DNA of 62,672 nucleotides, the filler included, from an uncultured bacterium (GTDB lineage Bacteria; CAZDME01; JAYEMH01): assembly GCA_964506785.1 (NCBI GenBank). It is 3 parts of 3 records of this genome, joined end to end, with 100 filler letters (N's around TTAATTAATTAA, not from the genome) between each part and the next. Parts side by side here need not be neighbours in the genome. Positions count along the whole stretch, not along the records: positions 1 to 21,086 come from CAZDME010000019.1; 2 more parts are not named here. One strand, written 5' to 3'. This document shows positions 1 to 8,531 of the stretch, piece after piece. Every line of letters starts with the position of its first letter. The first letter of the stretch is position 1. The position numbers were made by a program, and so were the translations under genes. The notes beneath the pieces were generated by a model. That model had not been told where the DNA came from and did no database searches. It saw only the letters and a program-made list of their open reading frames with translations.

Positions 1-742
1 CATACAAACGAGGAGCAATAAAAACATTATATTTAGAAAGAAAATCAAAATATTTTATTCCCAGATAAGGTAAAAACTTATTAAACGGTTTTGAAAGATA
101 AAGGGCCGACTGCCATTGATGAACGTTCTGGTCGTCTTTAAAATTGGCGGAATGGACTCCGCTCCAAAATTTCTGGTTCACTGCCCAATCCTGAATCTTA
201 TATTTCCGTCCGGTATTATCCCGGGTAGTACGTTCAGCGGCATCGGTCTTAAACCAAAGGTAGGATAAACTCATACCTATTTTCCAATCATCTTTAAATT
301 CTATAAGACTGGCTCTTATTCCTCCGCCGAGAGCAACCCCCCAATCACTTTCAAGATCGGTCCGGCTAACCTTGGCTCCATCCTGATACCAATCCAGCTG
401 CCAGTCGGCAAAGGCGCCGCCAACTTTAAAAAAAATATCGAAATTGTCACGGAAACTATAAGCGGTAGCGGCCAAAGGAAGATAAATTTCCCCTTCTACC
501 CCTCTGACATCTTCCCCGCTGGTCAAACCTCCCTGGCTAATAATGCCGCCGCTGGCGTTACAGCGGGTATAAGAGAACTCCTCCAGCTTACCTTCCGGGC
601 GAGTATAATCCGCTTCAAAAGTAGTCGTAAAAGTCCCTTTGGCCTGAGGCGATATCGGATTTCCGGCGGGTAAAGCGTCCAGGGAAGGAATAAAAAAAAG
701 TGAAATTAAACTCAAGGAAATTAAAGCTGGGAAAAATCTCAT
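1..742 (-). CDS. MOMP-like outer-membrane beta-barrel porin, paralog 3 (3' end outside window; absent from ORF track)
   Basis: Hand translation from ATG at 742 (SD GGAGGTG upstream): MRFFPALISLSLISLFFIPSLDA-LPAGNPISP...DLESDWGVALGGG...HQWQSALYLSKPFNKFLPYLGIKY. The frame stays open to the window edge and shares motifs with the two adjacent paralogs. Confidence 0.85.
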   Translation of the reverse strand, partial: MRFFPALISLSLISLFFIPSLDALPAGNPISPQAKGTFTTTFEADYTRPEGKLEEFSYTRCNASGGIISQGGLTSGEDVRGVEGEIYLPLAATAYSFRDNFDIFFKVGGAFADWQLDWYQDGAKVSRTDLESDWGVALGGGIRASLIEFKDDWKIGMSLSYLWFKTDAAERTTRDNTGRKYKIQDWAVNQKFWSGVHSANFKDDQNVHQWQSALYLSKPFNKFLPYLGIKYFDFLSKYNVFIAPRLY

Positions 743-782
743 CCTTCACCTCCGGGAATAGTTTTAAAAGGCAGACTAAATT

Positions 783-1541
783 TTAGAAATTGATTTTAAA
801 ACCGGCGTTCAAAGCCGTTTCGTCGATAAATCTCCCTTCCAGGTTTAAAGAAATATTTTCCTTCCATTGATAATCACAACCGAGGAATATACCGACGATA
901 TCTTTGCTGTTCGCCCTTGTCGTATGTATTGTCCCGTGGTCATCAATTTCCAATTTACATTCGCAATCCGAATATTTAACCCCGAGGTAAGGAGTAAATT
1001 GTGGAAGACTATAAGAAACACCCAAACTGCCTTGCCATTCTCGATATCTAAATTCCCTCTTGATAACACCGCTTACATCTGCGCCTGATTTTTTGACCGT
1101 TTCCACCCCGGGAGCATAATCGCGGTAATCCCCCCCCAGGCTAACCCGTAAAATACCATCGCCGTATTTTTCGGTCTCATAAAGAAGCAATTTAAAACCA
1201 GAACCCCAGGCGACAGCCGGGTCTGTCTCTAAAGTATAATCATTAACCGTCCACTCATCGATTTCCAAATCGGCAGTCCCTATTAATCCGTAAATATCTA
1301 TCTTTTCAACCAATTTTATACTCACTTTACCAAAATACCATTGCCCTTTGATTACGGCATTATCGCCCGATAGGTCAAAATCCCGGTCAAACAGAAAATC
1401 AACCATAGCTTCTGCCTTAATTGGATAAGTGCCGTTAAGAAGCACCGGATCGGCTGGATTCCCTGCCGGCGCCGCTTGAGCGGAAACCGTTGTCGCCAAA
1501 AGCAATCCAAAAACCGCTAAAAATAAAAACACCCTCATCAT
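783..1541 (-). CDS. MOMP-like outer-membrane beta-barrel porin, paralog 2
   Basis: Signal peptide, then APAGNPADP, DFLFDR, YREWQGSLGVSY, FTPYLGVKYS, EGRFIDETA and a C-terminal Phe. These motifs resemble chlamydial MOMP/OmpA. Confidence 0.85.
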   Translation of the reverse strand: MMRVFLFLAVFGLLLATTVSAQAAPAGNPADPVLLNGTYPIKAEAMVDFLFDRDFDLSGDNAVIKGQWYFGKVSIKLVEKIDIYGLIGTADLEIDEWTVNDYTLETDPAVAWGSGFKLLLYETEKYGDGILRVSLGGDYRDYAPGVETVKKSGADVSGVIKREFRYREWQGSLGVSYSLPQFTPYLGVKYSDCECKLEIDDHGTIHTTRANSKDIVGIFLGCDYQWKENISLNLEGRFIDETALNAGFKINF

Positions 1542-1590
1542 TCCCTCCCCCTTGCCTAGAATTTTTGCCGCTTTGTTTTTTGCCTTCTAT

Positions 1591-1620
1591 ATTATATTGT
1601 ATAAAAACTCCGCCTGTCAA
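1591..1620 (-). promoter_or_regulatory. sigma70-type promoter of porin paralog 2
   Basis: TTGACA-18 nt-TATAAT on the minus strand. Confidence 0.7.
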
Positions 1621-1638
1621 GGAGATAAAATAATGCCG

Positions 1639-1678
1639 AAAAAACAAAAAGGCAGGGGTAATATTCTCACCCCTGCCT
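1639..1678 (-). terminator. intrinsic terminator after porin paralog 1
   Basis: 9-bp stem GGCAGGGGT/ACCCCTGCC followed by a U-tract on the minus strand. Confidence 0.8.
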
Positions 1679-1682
1679 GCAA

Positions 1683-1787
1683 ACCCCGTTAGAAAGTTTA
1701 AAAGGCACTTCAAACTTTGCCTGCTTAATCCTTTTTTGATATTAACTCATCTCATCTAAAGGATTAAAGGGTTCTTTCTAACGGGGC
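1683..1787. repeat. palindromic MITE/REP-like element, intergenic copy
   Basis: Perfect 13-bp inverted repeat CCCCGTTAGAAAG (1684-1696) / CTTTCTAACGGGG (1774-1786). Confidence 0.8.
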
Positions 1788-1807
1788 AAATAGAAAATTG
1801 GACTGTC

Positions 1808-2539
1808 TTAGAAATTAATCTTCAGGCCAACATTCACAGCTGTTTCGTCGATAAACCTTCCTTCCAGATTCAAAGCAATGTTTTCCGCAAACAGATAATC
1901 GGCTCCGACGAATACCCCAACTACATTATCACTGTTGATACTGAGAGTATCCAAAGTACCTATATTTGTTCCACTTATCTCAAGGTTAACATCTGAATAT
2001 TTTACGCCAACATAAGGGGTAATCTTGTCTAAAGTGTAGGAAAGTCCTAAGCTGGCTCCCCACTCGGCAAAGTCAACTTCCCCAGAAGAACTTGTGCTCC
2101 CGGAGATAGTATCAATATCCGGTTTATAAGCTCGGTAGTTGCCATCTACGCTAACCCGTAAAATACCGTCACCGTATTCCTCGGTTTCGTAGAGAAGCAC
2201 CTTGGCCCCAAGGCCCCAAGCAACGCCGTATTCTGACTCTATATCATAAACGCTGCTCGTCAATTTTTTCGGCTCTAAATTAGCTGTCCCGAGAAGACCG
2301 TAAACGTCTATTTTTTCGATTAAGGTAACACCTACCTTGGCCAAATACCATTGGGCTTCAATCTCACTACCTTGGTCCAATTCTCTCTCAAAAACAATGT
2401 CAGCTATGGCTTCGCCCTTGATTGGATAGGTGCCGACGAGAAGAACCGGGTCAGCTGGATTACCGGCAGGTGCCGCCTGACTGAGAGCTGGCATAATCAG
2501 AATTAAACTCAAAACAGTTAAAAATAAAATTTTCCTCAT
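1808..2539 (-). CDS. MOMP-like outer-membrane beta-barrel porin, paralog 1
   Basis: Clear paralog of 783..1541 (APAGNPADPVLL, YETEEYGDGILRVS, TPYVGVKYSD, LNLEGRFIDETA, KINF). Confidence 0.85.
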   Translation of the reverse strand: MRKILFLTVLSLILIMPALSQAAPAGNPADPVLLVGTYPIKGEAIADIVFERELDQGSEIEAQWYLAKVGVTLIEKIDVYGLLGTANLEPKKLTSSVYDIESEYGVAWGLGAKVLLYETEEYGDGILRVSVDGNYRAYKPDIDTISGSTSSSGEVDFAEWGASLGLSYTLDKITPYVGVKYSDVNLEISGTNIGTLDTLSINSDNVVGVFVGADYLFAENIALNLEGRFIDETAVNVGLKINF

Positions 2540-2601
2540 TTCTTCACCCCCTTTCTACCAAAACTAAGTTTTCAGCATTTTCTAATTCGCTAACTTGGTC
2601 T

Positions 2602-2630
2602 ATTATATTAAACTGTGCCGGGCTTGTCAA
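2602..2630 (-). promoter_or_regulatory. sigma70 consensus promoter of porin paralog 1
   Basis: TTGACA-17 nt-TATAAT on the minus strand. Confidence 0.8.
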
Positions 2631-2664
2631 GGAAATAAAAGGGTAAAATAAAAATCCTCATTTT

Positions 2665-2985
2665 TTATTTAACCGGGCTTCCCGCGGCAACCGCTCTATC
2701 AGGAGCCAGCAAGGAAATTCCCTTTTCATCTTGCGCCGCCAAAAGCATACCCTGGCTTTCAACCCCTCGAATAATTGCCGGCTCTAAATTGTCGATTATT
2801 ACAAACTGCTTCCCTAAAAGCGACTCTTTTTCATAAAAAGCCTTAATACCGGCGACCAGCTGTTTCTCCCCGCTTCCGGTATTTACCTTGAGCACTAAAA
2901 GTCTATCCGCTTGAGGATGCGGATTTACCTCAAGCACTTCGGCAACTTTTAAATCCATTTTCTTGAATTCTTCTAAGCTTATCAT
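2665..2985 (-). CDS. stand-alone tRNA-binding OB-fold protein (MetRS beta / Trbp111 / CsaA family)
   Basis: DLKVAEVLEV, HPQADRLL, NLEPAIIRGVESQGMLLAA motifs. Confidence 0.9.
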   Translation of the reverse strand: MISLEEFKKMDLKVAEVLEVNPHPQADRLLVLKVNTGSGEKQLVAGIKAFYEKESLLGKQFVIIDNLEPAIIRGVESQGMLLAAQDEKGISLLAPDRAVAAGSPVK

Positions 2986-3034
2986 CGTTTAACCCTCCAT
3001 TTATAATTTATAAGAAAGACGAATATCCGATAAC

Positions 3035-4429
3035 CTATCCCTTCAATTCTTTTTTTAAGGATTCAAGTAAAGTTTCCGCCTTACCCTTGTCTTTAGTCTC
3101 GCCCATAATTCTGATGACCGGCTCGGTATTAGAAGGGCGGACCAGCCACCAGAAGTTTTCCCCTTCTACTCTAATACCGTCAGAAAAACTAACTTTACAG
3201 TTTTTCGTCCTCTTTTTAATCAATTTCTTAAAAACCGAAAAAATCCCTTTACTCTTGGCGGAAGAAACTTCTATCTTATCATTAAAACGATGGTATCTCG
3301 GGATTGCATCCCTCAACTTAGAAATGGTTTGATTGCTGGAAGCTAATAATTCTAAAATCAAACCCATACCCACTAAGCTGTCTCTTGCCCAGTTAATTGA
3401 GGGGCAAATAACCCCGCCGTTTCCCTCTCCCCCAAACAAAGCACCAATTTCCTTCATCTTTCGAACTACGTTTACCTCGCCAACCTTAGTACGCCAAACT
3501 TTCCAATTGGTTCCCCGGGCAACATCATCAATCATCCGCGTAGTTGCCAAATTAATGACTATTGCCGGTTTTCTTTTAAAAGCGGTCTGGCTGAATTTCT
3601 TCATCCATGCTTTAAAGGCTAAAGGCAGGGTGTATTCCTCTCCGATAGGAATACCTCTCTCGGAAACAAGCGCCAGTCTGTCGGCGTCAGGGTCTTGAGC
3701 GAAACCTAAATCCAAATGACGTTTTTTTACTAATCGAGAAAGATTTTTCAGGTTTCGTGATAAGGGCTCGGGTGGACGGCCAAATCGGCCGTCAGGGGTT
3801 TCATTGATAGAAAAAACCCGGCAATTCAATTTTTCCAAAAATTTCCTGGTAATTACCGCCCCGGCTCCATTAACCGGGTCAATACCCACTTTAAATTTCC
3901 GTTTTTTAATTAATTCCCCGTCAAGATGCTGAATTACTGACTGGATATGAGAATCAAGGGCCTTAATCCCGCAGCTTTTTGCGGTTTTGGCGGAAAACTT
4001 TTTCTCCGAAACCAGCGCTTTATACTGAAACTTGGATTTATTTTTTTTAAAGCTGCATAGAAACTTTCTAAACTGCTGGGGATTTAGAAAGAAGCCTTTA
4101 GAATTGATAAATTTCAAACCATTCCAGCCTTCGGGATTATGGCTGGCCGTAATCATTATCCCGCCGCCCGCCTTCATTTTTTTTACCAATAGAAGAAGGG
4201 CCGGGGTCGGAATAATTCCAAAATCAATTGCTTCCCGGCCGCTTTTTGTTACCGCTTCGATTAGCACGCGGGAAAATTTTTTACCCGATGGGCGAGTATC
4301 CCGGCCAATTAAAATTTTCCCCTTATATAATCCGGCAAAGGCCAATCCCAAATTAAAAACGGCCTCATCAGAAAGCGTTTCCCCGACAATGCCGCGGATA
4401 CCCGAAAGCCCTGCTTTAAAGTCTTCCAT
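3035..4429 (-). CDS. phosphohexomutase (phosphoglucosamine mutase / PMM family)
   Basis: ITASHNP phosphoserine motif, DPDADR metal loop, GGEGNGG, VRPSNTEP. Confidence 0.9.
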   Translation of the reverse strand: MEDFKAGLSGIRGIVGETLSDEAVFNLGLAFAGLYKGKILIGRDTRPSGKKFSRVLIEAVTKSGREAIDFGIIPTPALLLLVKKMKAGGGIMITASHNPEGWNGLKFINSKGFFLNPQQFRKFLCSFKKNKSKFQYKALVSEKKFSAKTAKSCGIKALDSHIQSVIQHLDGELIKKRKFKVGIDPVNGAGAVITRKFLEKLNCRVFSINETPDGRFGRPPEPLSRNLKNLSRLVKKRHLDLGFAQDPDADRLALVSERGIPIGEEYTLPLAFKAWMKKFSQTAFKRKPAIVINLATTRMIDDVARGTNWKVWRTKVGEVNVVRKMKEIGALFGGEGNGGVICPSINWARDSLVGMGLILELLASSNQTISKLRDAIPRYHRFNDKIEVSSAKSKGIFSVFKKLIKKRTKNCKVSFSDGIRVEGENFWWLVRPSNTEPVIRIMGETKDKGKAETLLESLKKELKG

Positions 4430-5702
4430 GAAAGGTTTCTTTCATCCGTTCCGGCTTGGTCAAAGTAAAAATTTTCCTGAATAAGTTTTTTTCCCTGATA
4501 GAAAACTTCCCCCCCCGGCGAGCCATTACCCGCTGGGCAACCTCAAAAAATTTCTCTAATCTATAAGTAGAGAAGTCGCCTTTTTCTCCCCAGGAAAAAG
4601 AGGGAACAAATTTAGGATGAAAATTGCTGCCGAAAAGATTACAACTTACCCCAACGACTGTTCCGGTGTTAAATATAGTATTAATGCCCGATTTAGAATG
4701 GTCTCCCATAAAAAGACCGACAAAAGTCAGCCCCGTATTAATAAATTGGCCGTCAATAAAAGCCTTAACCGGGCCATAATTGTTCTTTAAATCGCTGTTA
4801 GTAGTACCGGACCCAAGGTTAATCCAACTGCCCAAATAAGAATGTCCAATAAATCCATCATGCTGTTTATTGCTGAAATCGCAAATGATTGATTCTTCAA
4901 CTTCTCCGCCAACTTTACATACCTTGCCGATTGTTGTCCCCGGATAAATCTTCGCTCCTATCTTTAAGATACTCCCCTTGCCTATATAGGCGGGGCCGAT
5001 TATGGTTACCTGAGGAAAAATCTTTGCCCCCTCTTCAATAATCACTGGTCCGGTTTGCGCATCTACCACCACTCCTGGGCTAATTTTTACCCGGCGGTTA
5101 ACAAAGGTGTTTCCCTTATTGAGCAAATGTACCCCGTCGGGAATTTCAGTTAAGCATTTTCCTAATTTAGCCGATTTCAAAGCATCTTTTTTGAGCCATG
5201 TTTCATTCTGGTTAACTATCTCCCAGGGATAGCTAACTAAAGAAACCTCCTGGTTTAATCTAATTTTCGGCATGTCATGGCTAAACTGCTTAAGTTTAAA
5301 AGAAAGTTTCATTGGTTCTTTTTTAAAAATTGATTTGGCTTCTTTAAGCTTTTCTGCCCCCAGCCGTATAGCCACCACTTCTTTATCTTTCAGAAAAACT
5401 GTTTCTTTCCCTGCGTTCTTAGATAAAAGAAGCGAAAAACCTTTCTCTGGCAGAATACGTCCATTAATAAAAAGATAATTTTCGCCAGCCAAGCGGTTGA
5501 TGGGAACCTTAGGTAAAAAACTTTTTAACACTGGGGCCAGATAGCTTCGGCAATGAAGGCTAATTTTTGCCTGAGGGAAAGAGTTGCTTATTTTATGCCT
5601 CAGGGTGGTATAACCACAAACCAAATCATAAACAGGGCGGGTATAAACAAGCGGCAAGAAATTAACAAATTTTTCATCTTCGAATATGCAAATGTTAGAC
5701 AT
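4416..5702 (-). CDS. GlmU-like sugar-phosphate nucleotidyltransferase with hexapeptide repeats
   Basis: LPLVYTRP N-terminus; left-handed beta-helix repeats; NKQHDGFIGHSYLG, NSDLKNNY. Confidence 0.8.
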   Translation of the reverse strand: MSNICIFEDEKFVNFLPLVYTRPVYDLVCGYTTLRHKISNSFPQAKISLHCRSYLAPVLKSFLPKVPINRLAGENYLFINGRILPEKGFSLLLSKNAGKETVFLKDKEVVAIRLGAEKLKEAKSIFKKEPMKLSFKLKQFSHDMPKIRLNQEVSLVSYPWEIVNQNETWLKKDALKSAKLGKCLTEIPDGVHLLNKGNTFVNRRVKISPGVVVDAQTGPVIIEEGAKIFPQVTIIGPAYIGKGSILKIGAKIYPGTTIGKVCKVGGEVEESIICDFSNKQHDGFIGHSYLGSWINLGSGTTNSDLKNNYGPVKAFIDGQFINTGLTFVGLFMGDHSKSGINTIFNTGTVVGVSCNLFGSNFHPKFVPSFSWGEKGDFSTYRLEKFFEVAQRVMARRGGKFSIREKNLFRKIFTLTKPERMKETFHGRL

Positions 5703-5720
5703 TATTACCTCCTTTTAAAT

Positions 5721-5805
5721 CACCCTGTTACCTACCACCTATTACCTATTTCACCTACAACCTACTACCCACCACCTATTACCTAGAACCTATTACCTTC
5801 TACCT
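5721..5805. repeat. degenerate 7-mer tandem array (ACCTAyy, about 12 units)
   Basis: ttaccta ccaccta ttaccta ... caaccta ctaccca ccaccta ttaccta gaaccta fills the intergenic spacer. Confidence 0.85.
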
Positions 5806-6750
5806 TCAAATCTCTACCCAAACATCCCGGTTAAACCCTTCTTTCACTGTCCCATAAGCAACCTTAACTTTCCCTTGATTGGCATCGCTGTAGCGGGCAG
5901 TAAATTGAGCTGCCTCCTTAATAGAAGAGAGATCTTTATTTCCCCTTAAAATAGTAATCGGTCCGGGAGAACCTTTCACTTCAAACACAAGGTCTTCCCC
6001 CTCAGTCAATTCCAAAAGGGATTTATTTTCGACTCTATTCCGGCCGACTATAATTTTTCCATCCAGGGAAGTGCGAAAATGCCGGCCCAACTTCAATAAA
6101 ATCATATCATTGATTCTATCTTCCCCATGATTTAAAGCATCATGTAATCGGCCGGCAAAAGCCGGATCGGTAAGTAAACATCCTCCCGCCGGAGCGCCAT
6201 GGCGCTTTAAATTAAATTCTTTTGCCAAAGTCAGCTGAAGCTTCCGCGATCGGCCGGAAATGTCAAAAAGCTCATTACGCTTAACGATCCCTTCCAACTC
6301 TGGGACGGTTGGATGAAAAAGTTTAGCTGAAAGAGGGCGCAAAAGGAAACCGGTAGTTCTTGAATCTCTTTCTATTATTTCCAGAGCCCGGCGGTTCTGC
6401 GATTTTGGGCGCTCACCTAAAACATCCCCGGTAATAATAAAAGAAGCATCAAATTCTCCTAAAAACTCTTTAGCCCTCTTAAGCATCAAAATATGACAGT
6501 CAATACAAGGATTGATATTTTTGCCATAGCCATACTGCGGCTTTTTGACTAACTCTATAATTTCATCAGATATATCAATAATTTCTAACCTGAGATTTAT
6601 TTCTTGAGCCGCCCGGCGGGCCACTTGGGCAGAAAAAAAAGGGCTGATAAAATTTATGCCGATTATCTCAATCTTCTGTTTTTCTATTATTTTTACCGCT
6701 AAAACACTGTCTAATCCGCCAGAAAATAAAGCTAAACATCTTTTTTTCAC
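5806..6750 (-). CDS. PP-loop tRNA thiolase-like protein (ThiI/MnmA-like, DUF814-associated)
   Basis: SGGLDS PP-loop, NPCIDC, GGCLLTDP, GRHFR. Confidence 0.8.
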   Translation of the reverse strand: MKKRCLALFSGGLDSVLAVKIIEKQKIEIIGINFISPFFSAQVARRAAQEINLRLEIIDISDEIIELVKKPQYGYGKNINPCIDCHILMLKRAKEFLGEFDASFIITGDVLGERPKSQNRRALEIIERDSRTTGFLLRPLSAKLFHPTVPELEGIVKRNELFDISGRSRKLQLTLAKEFNLKRHGAPAGGCLLTDPAFAGRLHDALNHGEDRINDMILLKLGRHFRTSLDGKIIVGRNRVENKSLLELTEGEDLVFEVKGSPGPITILRGNKDLSSIKEAAQFTARYSDANQGKVKVAYGTVKEGFNRDVWVEI

Positions 6751-6764
6751 GATTTCCCCTTAAA

Positions 6765-6791
6765 GAAAAAAACCGAGAGAAAATCTCTCGG
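6765..6791 (-). terminator. intrinsic terminator ending the alpha operon
   Basis: CCGAGAGA-aaa-TCTCTCGG hairpin plus U-tract on the minus strand downstream of rplQ. Confidence 0.8.
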
Positions 6792-6815
6792 CCCATACCA
6801 TTAATTGAACATCTA

Positions 6816-7391
6816 TTACTTTTCTGGACGCATGCCAAAACTTTTCCTCCTGAAAATTCGGGTAAACCCGGGGAACTTTCCTTTTTTTTCTCTTTTTTTC
6901 CTCTCCTGTTCCTTATCTTTCTCTTTTTCCTTCTCTTTCTCTTTTTCGATAGCCCCTTTATCCTCTTCAGAAAGCTTCTTTCCCTTTACCTTCTTTTCTT
7001 CCGATTTCAGCTTTTTTTTAGGTTTGGCTTTTTCAGTTTTTATTACTAATTCCAACAAAACCAATGAAGCATTGTCGCCCAGTCTTGAATTTAATTTATA
7101 GATTCTGGTATATCCTCCGGCTCGGTCTTTGAAGCGTGGCCCCAGCACATTAAAAATTTTAGCCAGAAGTTTCTTGTTTGAAATCTGCTTAGCCACTTCT
7201 CGCCGAGCCGCAAGAGTTCCAGCTTTGGCAAAACTAATTATTTTTTCAGCTAAACGGGAGATTTCCTTTGCTTTAGCTTCGGTTGTCCTGATACTTTCAT
7301 ACTCCAATAAAGCCGCAGATAGGTTCCGGAAGAGTGCCTTCCGATGATCTTTAGAACGATTGAATTTTTTCCCTCTTTTCAGATGGCGCAT
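6816..7391 (-). CDS. rplQ: 50S ribosomal protein L17 with long Lys/Glu-rich C-terminal tail
   Basis: MRHLKRGKKFNR, TTEAKAKE, GGYTRI; follows rpoA. Confidence 0.97.
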   Translation of the reverse strand: MRHLKRGKKFNRSKDHRKALFRNLSAALLEYESIRTTEAKAKEISRLAEKIISFAKAGTLAARREVAKQISNKKLLAKIFNVLGPRFKDRAGGYTRIYKLNSRLGDNASLVLLELVIKTEKAKPKKKLKSEEKKVKGKKLSEEDKGAIEKEKEKEKEKDKEQERKKREKKGKFPGFTRIFRRKSFGMRPEK

Positions 7392-7394
7392 AAA

Positions 7395-8426
7395 TTAATC
7401 CTTAAGATTTTTTACTTTCGGTTTTCCCGCAGGCATTAAGTCCGGTTTTACATCCTCAGCTAATTTCATTCCGAAAGATAATCCCATATCGCTTAGAATT
7501 TTACCGATTTCGTTAAGGGATTTTTTGCCAAAATTTCTATATTTGAGCATTTCTGCTTCTGTCTTTTGGACCATCTCCTGGATAGTGTCGATTTTGGCTG
7601 CTCTAAGACAATTAGCCGAACGAACAGATAATTCTAATTCGTTTACACTCATCTTCAATTTTTCTTTGAGTTTTTCTTTCTCTTCGTCGATTTCCTCCCG
7701 TACTTCCTCCTGTTCTAACAGCTCCTCAAAATTGATAAATATCGAGAAGTGGTTTTTCAAGAGATAGGCCGCATGGGCCAAAGCATCTTCCGGGCTGATA
7801 GTTCCATTGGTCCATATTTCAAGAAGCAGTCGATCGTAATCGGTAATTTTGCCAACTCGAGTATTTTCGATTTCAAAATTTACCTTCTTAACCGGAGTGA
7901 ATATAGCATCGATTGGAATAACCCCAATTTGACGGGAACTATCTTTATGTTTTTCTATCCCGGCATAACCCCGGCCTACTTGAACCTCCATTTCCATTTC
8001 TAATTTTGCCCCTTTGTTCAAAGTAGCGATGTGGAGGTCGGGATTCAAAATCTCTATGGCTTCATCGACGATAATATCTTTAGCCTTAACTTCCTTCTCC
8101 CCTTTAGCCTGGATTTTGATAGTCCGCGGCCGGTCACTGTGCATCTTTATTATTAGCTCTTTAAGATTCAAAATAATTTCTGTGACATCCTCCCGTATTC
8201 CGGGAATGGTGCTGAATTCATGCATTACCCCGGTAATTTTAACCGAAGTCACCGCCGCCCCCTGGATAGAGGAAAGCAATACCCGCCTGAGACAATTACC
8301 GATAGTTATCCCGTAGCCGCGTTCGAACGGCTCAGCGATTAGCTTGCCATAAGTCGGCTCAAGGCTTTCTCCCTCCCAGTTTATCTTTTTGGGCATTTGT
8401 AAATCTTTGATTAATCTAACGGCCAT
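7395..8426 (-). CDS. rpoA: RNA polymerase alpha subunit
   Basis: EPFERGYGITIGN, LELSVRSANCL, NFGKKSL. The start is placed at ATG 8426 (GGAGG SD), not the TTG at 8510. Confidence 0.97.
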   Translation of the reverse strand: MAVRLIKDLQMPKKINWEGESLEPTYGKLIAEPFERGYGITIGNCLRRVLLSSIQGAAVTSVKITGVMHEFSTIPGIREDVTEIILNLKELIIKMHSDRPRTIKIQAKGEKEVKAKDIIVDEAIEILNPDLHIATLNKGAKLEMEMEVQVGRGYAGIEKHKDSSRQIGVIPIDAIFTPVKKVNFEIENTRVGKITDYDRLLLEIWTNGTISPEDALAHAAYLLKNHFSIFINFEELLEQEEVREEIDEEKEKLKEKLKMSVNELELSVRSANCLRAAKIDTIQEMVQKTEAEMLKYRNFGKKSLNEIGKILSDMGLSFGMKLAEDVKPDLMPAGKPKVKNLKD

Positions 8427-8531
8427 TTTTATCCTCCATGTCCTCACACCTTCTTGTGGAACATTTCCACTTAAGGCCTCCGTCAAAATCTCTCTGCGCG
8501 AAAAATCCAAACAAATAGGTGTGGAAATGAA

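Noticed and set aside
8427-8510. 28-aa N-terminal extension of RpoA in the ORF track
   Set aside because: It derives from an intergenic inverted-repeat insert; the GGAGG SD supports ATG 8426.
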